Source of the DNA: Octopus sinensis
Taxonomy: Eukaryota
Length of the DNA stretch: 64,000 nucleotides
Reading direction: 5' to 3'
Assembly: GCF_006345805.1 (NCBI RefSeq)
Contig: NC_042998.1
Location: forward strand, 100,440,001-100,504,000
The notes under the pieces are model-generated. The model was not told where the DNA came from. It made no database searches and was given only the letters and a program-made list of their open reading frames with translations. Numbering within the stretch: position 1 is the first letter of the stretch; each line of letters begins with the position of its first letter. Shown here in pieces: positions 1 to 10,190 of the stretch. The position numbers were made by a program, and so were the translations under genes.

Positions 1-3000
1 AAATCACGCACAACCATCTTTAAAAGTGTAGAACATAGTTCTAAATACACAACTGGAACACTTTTGAGCATAAGTCTGCTCTGTTTCTATCAGAACTGTC
101 AAGAGGATAAACAACAACAGGTATGTTATATAAACACAAACACAAATATCCACATGTGTAAACAATTAAAATAAGTGAACTGGGTTGCTTTGATATTCAA
201 TTAGTTAAGAGACTTCATATGTTATAGAAAGCAACCTCAAAAGGAACTAAAAGCCTCTAAAAAAATTGGGTTAAGGTGGGGTTATCTTTTTTTTTCTATA
301 GCTTAGTTAAGAGGAGAAAGGGCAACACTCATGACCCTCTCAAGGACCTCTGAAAATGGTAGGAGGAAGAAAGGAAGTTATTCTTAAAACAAAGGACCTA
401 GCCCAAATACTTGCACTAAGGTGGATTCTGCCAAACAAACTCAGTATTAACCCTTGGGATATCAAACTAATTCATATCCATATAATAGAATGCAAGTAGA
501 AACTTCATAGTACACATGTGTGAAACAAAAGTGTTTTGTTTATGTTAGAATTGATACAATATAATAAAAAGTAGCTCCTAGTAAGTAGATTCTATGATGT
601 GATTTTGATTCCTGGTCAAAACAATTTCATTTCACTTGCAATACTGTTAGTGTCTTTGGGAAAGTCATGTACATTACAACATCTCATTTTTACCTGCCCT
701 ATAATATAATTAATTCTGCAACCTTGAGTCCTAGCCAAAAAAATGGTATTATAAGAAGTCATATCAATGCTATGTAGGTTAAATATTTGATAAAGATCTG
801 TAGTTTTGGAAGATAGATTTATGTTAGTTTTAGGAATGGATGGGGGAGAGAGAGAGAGAGAGAGACTCCCCACCAACCCTTGGTTTGGTTATTATTGGTT
901 CAGATATATTATCAACGTTAACACCCACTGTTCCCAGACATTTTCACCTTTGCAGATTGTTAGGATATAAATGTAGAGAAAAAAAAATAATAATCAGAAA
1001 GAAACCGAGTGAAGAAAAACTTGGGAAGCTGAACATCTATGATGTTATGCTTGAATGAAAATAAGCATGCATATATATAAACACACACATACACATTTAG
1101 ATACAGATAAGACTTCGCAAAAAATAAAAAGATAGCTACACACAGTATGATCCCCTAAAACTATAGATATATGCCATACCTTTATGTATGTTTGCATGAA
1201 TATATATATATATACATATATAAAGAGAGTGGGAGATATTACGTGTATACATCCACAAGAAAAGTACCGATTTGGAAATTGTGATAAACACGTGAATGCA
1301 CTTGTTATTCTTATTTAGTAACATACATGCATTTTACTCAAAGAACGGGGACACACACACGCACACACACACACATGAACACAAATACATTGCTAACTTG
1401 AAAACAGATGCTAGTGCATATGTTCACACAAGCACACATTCACACCTAGAACTTTGGGGGTTGTGCTTGCACAAATAAATGAATAAAAGATTACAGAAAC
1501 ACTATTTTGCCTTGCAGACATGCACATATAACTACACTCACACTTGAGAATACGCTAATACTCGTGTACATAAACAGTGTAGTATAGCTGAATGTAAATA
1601 TACACACACTATAACTCTAGCTAAATGAAGAATTACACAGTGTCCATATAACAGTAAACATCTCATACAAACTACTACTACTACTACTCTCACAGAAATA
1701 ACAACATCATAGTAGGAGAGAATGTAAATCTAACAGTAATCAGCTGAGATAATAACTCAGATATGGCAACACTGTTGTTTATAGTATCATGCTTTTGACC
1801 GTGTGTGTGTATGTGTGTGTGTATGCATACACGTGTGCATGTAATGCATGTTTGTGTGTTTGAATAATGCATGATTTGTGTCGTGTTTGCGTATATGTGG
1901 CATTTATGTGCATGCACATGCATGAACTTGTGCACATCTGTGCGCATGTGTGCACATCTGTGCGCATGTGTGCACACATGCCCATGTGAAACTGCTTGAT
2001 AAATAAAATGTCAAGATAAAGCTCAATGAACACGAAAGGAAGTGATATCAGTGATGATCATGATAATGATGATGTTGATGATGATCATGATACAATACAA
2101 CTATAGGTGTGGTTTGGAATTTCAAATGCCAACATAATAATCCTACAGTAAACAACAAACTGAAATAAAAATGAAATTTTATTTATACAGAAAAAAAAAA
2201 AGTTTTCATATTTAGAGCAATATTAAAAAAAAAAATTAAAATGCATAAAAATGTAACATTAGGTCACCAAACCTTATCTCTAAACAATCCTATACAAGTT
2301 ACCTGTTACTAACTGCACATGCTAAGATAAAAAGCATTTGTTTTGCTTTTTTCTTTTTTAGCCCATGCATCCAATATGATGTAAATTTATGAAGTATTTA
2401 ACATGGAAGAGTTAATAACAGATCCACATATCTAAGTGAATTAAAAGAGGTACTGAAGAACTAAATAAATCACGGGCTGCATATTCAAATTTTGCTTACA
2501 AAAATTTCAGTAAGTCTCTTTCTGGGCTACACATTCACTTCTATACATCTACCTGTTGGGAAAATTTTTCTTGTGACAGAATGAAGTTACCTCCAGTCCC
2601 AATCCAATTGAACAGCTCTATAATGAAAGGCATTCCAGCTATGACTCTTATTTTATTCAAACATAATGTACTGAGATATACAGCATCCTATAAGTCCTTT
2701 TCTTTTTAAGATGACAGGGCATGATTGGAAGAAGATTTGGCTGCTATTTCTAGCAGATCAAGTGTCCACAACTTAGGTTTCCTAACTACTATCTCCTGAC
2801 TCAATGGATCCTTATGGTTTACGCAAGGATTAACAAACCATCATCATCAACAATGTAATAGTAACCTCAAATGGTTTAATATGATAATGAATAATTAGTT
2901 TTAACGAAAGTAATGAGAAATGTTTTACAGAAAGGACCCCTGTACATCATTGCATAATGGGACAGTTTATGACTGTTATAAATGAAAACCCCAATAACAA

Positions 3001-3104
3001 AAGAATGAAATCATAAGGATTGATCCAATTGTAATATTTTACTGGCCTAGGAGACAGAGCTGATTCTAATGTGAATTGAACTCTGAACAGGAATGTACAC
3101 AATA

Positions 3105-3205
3105 ATAATAATAATAATAATTGTGTACAGTGCTCAGGTGCACTACAACTCATCTAAAGTGTATATATAATCAGGTGTAGTTTCGACAGATTTCGGGAAG
3201 CATGA
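3105..3205 (-). mobile_element. CR1-type LINE extreme 3' end with (TTA)n tail
   Basis: tgtgtacagtgctcaggtgcactacaac...tcaggtgtagtttcg matches the 3' UTR of the CR1 copies at 25326-25685 and 53040-53945. Confidence 0.75.
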
Positions 3206-3475
3206 GGGCCTAATCTAATGCTCTGTTATTTATGTCATTATTACTGTCATTGTTACTAATAATAGGATAGCAGTGATAATAAGAATTGTAATCATACTTG
3301 TTTCTAAAATCGGCGTAAAGCCAGAAATTTAAGTAAGGGGAACGATCAATTATATCAATCCCAATATTTGGTTGGTACTTTCTTCTATTGACTCTGGAGG
3401 AATGAAAAGCAACATTGACCTGGGAAAGGTATGAATTCAGAACATAAAGAACCATGAGAAATATTACAAGACCAA

Positions 3476-3575
3476 TCATCATCATCATCATTGTTTAATG
3501 TCCACTTTCCATGCTGGCATGGGTCGGATGGTTTAACTGAGAACTGGCAAGCCAGGAGGCTGCACCAGGCTCCAA
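3476..3575 (-). mobile_element. RTE LINE 3' terminal fragment
   Basis: (ATC)n tail plus gtttaatgtccactttccatgctggcatggg, reverse complement of the 3' end of the RTE at 13500-13612. Confidence 0.8.
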
Positions 3576-3617
3576 TGTTCTAACAACAACAATAATAATA
3601 ATAATAATGATCTTTTA

Positions 3618-4208
3618 TACTATAGGTACGAGACCTGAAATTTTTGGGACTAGTCGATTACATCGACCCAGTGTTTCACTGGTACTTAGTTTATCAACCC
3701 CGAAAGGATGAAAGGCAAAGTTGGCCTCAGTGGAATAATAATAATAATAATGCTTTTTACTATAGGTGCAAGGCTTGAAAGTTTGGAGGAAGGGGTCAGT
3801 TGATTTTATCAACCACAGTGCTCACCTGGTTCATACATTATCAACTCCAAAAGGATGGAAGGCAAAGTCAACCCAGGCAGCATTTGAACTCATAATGTAA
3901 AGTGAAACAAATGCTGCCGAGCATTTCATCAGGCATGCTAATGATTCTGCCAGCTTGCTGCTTAATTATAATAATAATGATGACAATAATAATAATGGTT
4001 TCAAATGTTGCCACAAGGGCAGCCATTTTGGGGGAAAAGATGTGTCGATTACATCAACCCTAGTGTTCAACTGGTACTTAATTTATCGACCCTGAAAGGA
4101 TGAAAGGCAAAGTTGACTTCGGCAGAATTTGAACTCAGAACATAGCGACGGGTGAAATACCACTAAGCATTTTGTCCAGCATGCTAACGATTCTGCCAGC
4201 TCACCACC

Positions 4209-4209
<1 letters not shown>
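3618..4209 (-). mobile_element. Three tandem copies of a core-type SINE (about 3618-3735, 3757-3965, 3997-4209) separated by (AAT)n
   Basis: Repeated ccc(t)gaaaggatgaaaggcaaagt core and gaatttgaactc (B-box-like on minus); same family at 40255-40441 and 49695-49910. Confidence 0.8.
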
Positions 4210-4262
<53 letters not shown>

Positions 4263-4266
4263 TAAT
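4210..4266. repeat. (AAT)n microsatellite
   Basis: Direct reading; source of the poly-Ile tail of ORF 4184-4621. Confidence 0.95.
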
Positions 4267-4300
4267 GATCAAATTTGCATTGAAATAAAATATTACTTAC

Positions 4301-4576
4301 TGTTTCAAACATTTTTACCAAATTGTGAACAGATTTCCGTGAACTATATCGTACTAAAGACGCCAAGCTACGGCTCCGTTTCCCTATCAGGGTACTTTGT
4401 GGCAGATCTTCCTCCTCTTCATGGATAGTTCCATAATCCGGCCGACCAATCCGTGATGACAGGGATAAAGACCGATGTGAGTAAATTTTCCGGTTCTTAG
4501 CTCTGCTCCTTGATTGATGAAAACTGCTCTCTTCTTTTTCTTTTAATGCTAAAATTCTTCGACATTTCGAAGCCAT
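4301..4576 (-). CDS. Probable host coding exon, 92 aa (MASKCRRILA...SVHNLVKMFET), product unknown; exon 4620-4301 with short presumed 5' UTR
   Basis: Acceptor ttttcatttctAG before 4620; acaATGG start context at 4576; GTAAGT donor at 4300-4295 (phase 0); stop-free, non-repetitive, 12 CpG in 320 bp. The frame is also open upstream of the ATG, so an internal exon is not excluded. Confidence 0.65.
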
Positions 4577-5919
4577 TGTAAATGTTATATGTAAAATACC
4601 AAAGTACACAGCACCCACCACTAGAAATGAAAATTATCTCCAACTATGCATACAGAATCACTCACAAAAAGATATCAGACTCTAAAGCATTAAATAATTA
4701 AACTATATAAACAAAAAATTTCCAAAAAACCCAAGTATTATAAAGAATTTTCGAAGATTTTATATACATACATACACACATACATATATACAGACACACA
4801 TACACACTCACTCACTCGCACACACATGCACACACAATTTTAAGAAAACTTCTAAAACTAACTTCTTACATATTCAAACATAGTTTGCTGTAAAATTTAG
4901 ATAGTAAAAGAAAAAAGATGAAAAATACAAGAGCTTAGAGAAGTAAAATAAATTACTAGAAATTACTTTAAAACTAAACTATTGGAGAAAACATTGAGGA
5001 AATGGGTTAGACTAATTAACTACTTGAAACATGTTGAATAGAAACGCTTGAAGTTACAGCTGACAGACCCCGCCAAAAAAATGAAATAAAATAAAGTATA
5101 TAACAGTTTTTACAGGTTACTGCACAAATCAATGCCATAGAATACTTAGTTGAAAAATCAAATAGCATATGTGAAAACAATCCGTCATACATTATGTCAG
5201 ACAGTACTAGGCTAGGAGCAACAGAATTTTAAAAAAAAGGTATGATAATGAAAAAACTAGGTAGAAACATCTTTACTACTGCATAACTTAACAGGTGTCA
5301 CCTGAGTATTTTTCAGTACAGTGCTAAAAAACCTAGCAGCAGATAACTAAATTGACAAAAATAGTAACTTTGCAAAGAGTTTCGTTTCAGTTCAGCAGAA
5401 TACCTCTATGTTAGATGCAAATATAATTAAATAAAAGAAAAATCTAATGAGGGACCAAAACAACGAAACAAAAAAAAAACAGAAAAGAAAGAAGAGAGTC
5501 CTGATTAAAATCTCCTCCCCAGCCAAATCGCCAGCTCACTTCAGTAGGAGCCCTCAACAACAGACTGGCAAGAGAGAGTTTGATGAACACGGTACTGCTT
5601 ATGAAGTTACCACCTGATATTTATAAATACCATAGTAGGGTGGAAGGTAAAAAGATTCCTTAGCCTCTGCATTAACCAATGCTATGTTGATTCTCTCTCT
5701 CTCTTTCTCACATACACAAAGACACACACACCTCTCTCACACACACAAAAACACACACACTTCTCTCTCATAGTTACTCTTTCCTCCCTCTTTGAGCAGT
5801 AGCTGGCACACCCAATCATAGCAGACTTCTGTCTATAGCAAACCTGCTTCTCTAATATTCGGTGCCAAGAAAGTAAGTAGTATGGAACTTCTTAATGACA
5901 CTAATGAATGAATATGCAT

Positions 5920-5971
5920 GCATACACACACATATATATACACATTATACACATACATACACAGATATATA

Positions 5972-6043
<72 letters not shown>

Positions 6044-6200
6044 CACAGACACACGTGTGTGCCACCACTAACACTAAAAAGGTAAGAAATCTAATGTCTT
6101 CTAAATTCCTGTGCTTGTGTGTGTGAGAGAGAGAGAAAGAGAGAGAGAGAGAGACCGTGAAAGAATGTGGATGACAGTGAGAGAGAGAGAGAGAGAGAGT
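5920..6200. repeat. Compound (CA)/(TG)/(TA)n and (GA)n microsatellites
   Basis: Direct reading. Confidence 0.95.
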
Positions 6201-6436
6201 AAGAGAAAGAATAAAAGCACGAAAAAAAAGTTACTTTTACTTAGTTTTCACAATGTATATGACACACGAAATTGAAAAAAACAAAAAAATCAACATTTTA
6301 GTAATTTGTCAAAGAATATTTTAAACTGGAAGAAGCTTGTCGTATATGTGTATTGTTTCTAGAAAACATAAATCCAGAAAAAGCCCACTCTAAGATGTAG
6401 AGTAGTATATATTAAAAATGGGGAAGGCAGGTTTAT

Positions 6437-6670
6437 GGGATTACCTTAGGTTTCCTGTCCATAAAGGGTTTAGCTTTATGGTGTATTGTCAGATCCCCAA
6501 AACCTGTGAACCCATGACCTCTTAAAAAAATGGAGAGGGAAATACCTCACTACTCAAAGGTAGTGAAGCATTTCCCTCTCCATATTTTTAAGAGGTCATG
6601 GGCCGACAGGTTTTTGGGAACTGATGCCATAAAGCTAAACCCTTTATAGACAGGAAACCTAAAGTAACCC
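6437..6670. mobile_element. Foldback/MITE-like element with about 115-bp inverted arms and a 4-6 nt loop
   Basis: ggtttcctgtccataaagggtttagctttatgg...cactac / gtagtg...ccataaagctaaaccctttatagacaggaaacc; abuts a (TA)n tract. Confidence 0.75.
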
Positions 6671-6703
<33 letters not shown>

Positions 6704-7018
6704 GTATATATATGTGTATATGTATGTATGTATTTATATGTATACCCTTATCTTGGAAACAGGTGAGGGACTGCAATAAGTAGGGCATCCAGTCATAGAA
6801 AACCAGCCCCAACAAATTCCGTTTCACAAAGGATGATGATGCATGTGCATGTAAAAATAGATACAAATATGAACATGTATATATATGTGTGCATGTGCAT
6901 GTGTTTGTATATGCAAGCATAGCTGTGCGGTTAACAAAGTCCCTTAGCAATCACAACCTTGGGTTGACCAATGTATTTTGAGTGAAATTTCATAAATAAA
7001 AATTGTATAGAGGCTTGT

Positions 7019-7056
<38 letters not shown>

Positions 7057-7285
7057 AATGTATGTGTGCATGCATGTACACACACATCTTCGCATTGACA
7101 TGGATTGAGAAAAAGTAATATGTCCTGCCTTTTGACAGCTCAATATGCAAATACTAGTGGTATAAAGTACTTTATAAGGTTAGCATCAGGAAGACCATCT
7201 GGTCCCCAAAAGGCTCAACCCTCTCATGCTAGTATGGAGAAAAAAAAGAATGGAAAATTGATTATGCTTAAGTATATTAAATATC

Positions 7286-7316
<31 letters not shown>

Positions 7317-7752
7317 AAAGTAAAAGATATGCAATAAATATAAATATACATACATATATAAATAAAAAAAATGGACCAAGAATGTAACAGACAACAATGA
7401 CAGTTGGATGATACAAGGATGGACAGGAAAACCAGGATGGAACATTTGTGGCTTTCTATTTCATCAGTCAAGATTCCAATTATCATTACAGTTTCAGCCT
7501 GTTACACTTGGGACTGTTCAAAATTGGTAGGCCCCAATAATCTAAGCTAAGGACATTAAAGTTTTGGAAGAAAGCAGGTAAATTTGTGCGACAACATGGA
7601 CAAAAAAAATGAGAAAACAGAGAAAATGTTACACGATTACAAATACAAACAAGAATAACAATATAATATATTCTATTTGTTTCAGCCAAGTGGCTGGTCA
7701 TGCTGGAGCACCACCATATATATATATGTGTGTGTGTGTGTGTATACATATG

Positions 7753-7789
<37 letters not shown>

Positions 7790-7790
<1 letters not shown>

Positions 7791-8820
7791 AGAGGATGAA
7801 CTGTCAGTCATTGATGAGATAAATCCAAAATCAGCAACAATCCCCAATGGACTCCCAGCAAGCCTGTTAAAAACATACTCTTGCAAAACCACTGCAAATG
7901 CTTTTCCAGAGTTCCTTTGAATGCAGTACATTTCTTTAAATGTTAAAAGAAGGAATAATCTGCTCTGTCCTCAAAGGAGGAAGCAGAGCAGATGCTATAA
8001 ACTACAGACCTATCTCTCTGATCTCACATGTCAGCAAGAATACGGAACGCATTGTCAGAAAAATACTGACCATGTTCCTAGAGGAAAATTACCTGCTTAC
8101 AGACATTCAACATGGTTTCCATCATGGACAGAGCTGCCTAACACAGCTACTACAGCACTTCAGCTGGGTACTGAAACAACAGCTCAACCATTCAAATGTG
8201 GATGTGATATATCTCAACTTTGCCAAGGTGTTTGACAAAGTCGATCATGAGAGGATATGTCACATATTGCATGACCTTGGTATTGCTGGTAGACTTAGAG
8301 AGTGGCTACATGATTTCCTAAGGGGCAGAAGGCTGTCACAGCTAATGGTGCTCTCTCTGAAGTGACACCAATCCTCAGTAGAGTCCCCCAGGGAAGAGTG
8401 CAGGGTCCACTACTGTTTGTGGTTGCTCTCTCGGACATGCCCTCAGCCATAGAGTCAGCCACACTCACCAGGCAGTCAAGAATACTACTGACATCCTAAG
8501 ACTGCAGAATGACCTAAACGCAATACATAAATGGGCTGATGAGAATAATATGCAGTTCAATGGCACAAATTTTCAAGTACTCCACTATCAGCCCACAAAC
8601 AAACTACAGCTGAAGTACACAACCAGCAGGCAATGTAATCCCAGACTTAGAGTAGGTGCGTGACCTGAGAATCCACATGAGCAACGACACAGCTTTCCAT
8701 GTGCGCATTGCTCAGATGGCAACATCCAACTTGCTACTTCACCAGAAGCAATACTAGAAAAATCCCTGGATGCAGTAAAGGCAGTGCACCAGCATGGCTC
8801 AGCCTCTGGCTGAAACCCAT
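7790..8820 (+). mobile_element. Decayed CR1-clade LINE, reverse transcriptase fragment
   Basis: NYRPISLISHVSK, QHGF, VDVIYLNFAKVFDKVDH in ORF 7940-8365; PQG-like gtcccccaggga about 8385; frameshifts and stops. Confidence 0.9.
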
Positions 8821-8828
8821 AAAAGATA

Positions 8829-8881
<53 letters not shown>

Positions 8882-8924
8882 ATAAATGCATGTAAATATA
8901 TATATATATGTATATATAAATATA

Positions 8925-9971
8925 CTAGTGAAGCCCCCCCCCTGTCCATTGGATGGTTTGTATAGGTGAAGAGGGTTAACTTGGATGGTATTAAGTTGTG
9001 GAGATGTTTGGTGATTACATGGGATTGTTACTTTTGCTTAGGGTGAATGCAATCTTTGGATAAAAGAAGCATTTGCTATTTTACTTATTCTGTAGTGCAC
9101 TGTGAACTCGTCAAATGAACTACTAAAAGTTAAGGGTGTTTCAACGACAACTCAAAATGAAATACTTGGAATGAAACATGTCAGCAATTTAGAAGAAGTA
9201 AATTATAGTATAGAAGTAACTGAATTCTGGCTATTATGTAGTTTGAATAAGAAACTGTAACTAAAGATTAAGATTATTAACCCCCAAGATTTTACACATT
9301 TTAGTAGCAATCAATTTTTTTTCTCTTTTTTGCTTAATTAAAATGGTTGCCTTTTCCTCATAGTTTTTCATGTCAGCTATAAAGGGAAAGAGGGTTAACT
9401 TCGATGGTGTTAAGTAGTGGAGATGTTTGGTTATTGTATGTGGTGGTTACTTTTGACTGTTTCTTCTCAATAAGGATAATTGATCGATAATGAATCTTAA
9501 CATAATTTATATAAAACTTCAAGTGGAATTGAACATCATAAATAACCTTGAACTTTTTGCACTCAAGCATACCCTATGTTGACACCTATATGCCAGACTG
9601 AACACTGTTTTATCTCCAAAGTGAATTTTGCAAGTGAAATTTAAACAATTAACAGTTCTTTGGCTTTTGTATTTGACAACTGTTGCTTTAAGTATTTTAT
9701 TTCGATTTTCACTGACATAGTGGTAAGAACAACGGGACGCGTAACAGTAGTTTCGAATAAAAATAAAAATGGAAGATTTAATCATCCAAAGGACAGGCAA
9801 ACATTACAAAAATAGCAATTCTCACTTTGAAATTGACAATTTTGAAAATCTTTTAAGATTACGGAATACCCTGCTCTCTCATGTAACCATGTTTAAAATT
9901 TCAACGCAATCAGATGAACAATACTTGAGTTATAAGCACACAAACAGACAGAACGGGATTTATATATTAGA
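8925..9971 (-). mobile_element. Non-autonomous Helitron
   Basis: Minus strand A|TCTAATATATAAA 5' end at 9971; decayed hairpin about 8942-8956 then CTAG|T 3' end at 8925; inserted between A and T. Confidence 0.8.
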
Positions 9972-10190
9972 TATATGTGTGTATATATGTATATATACGT
10001 ATGTATATATATGTTTATATATGTATGTGTATATATATATATATATATGTGTGTGTGTATATAAATGTATATACATATGTATATATACGTACATATATAT
10101 GTATATATACGTACATATATATGTATATATATACGTACATATATATGTATATATATACGTACATATATATGTATATATACGTACATATAT
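9972..10190. repeat. TA-rich microsatellite and about 22-24 bp minisatellite (atatatacgtacatatatatgt)
   Basis: Direct reading; explains the YIYV-rich part of ORF 9769-11634. Confidence 0.9.

Noticed and set aside
94-126. Plus-strand micro-exon with AG and GTATGT signals
   Set aside because: Lies in a dispersed repeat (cf. 57640-57860, 60960-61100) ending in aacaacaac
1795-1985. Alternating purine-pyrimidine tract with 20-bp repeat (Z-DNA candidate) and overlapping His/Cys-rich ORFs
   Set aside because: Decayed (TG)/(CA) microsatellite, ubiquitous in this genome; ORFs are artefacts
9769-10190. N-terminal 140 aa of the 621-aa ORF as a novel RTE fusion domain
   Set aside because: It is read-through of Helitron end sequence and TA-rich repeats that lack stops; the RTE begins at about 10191
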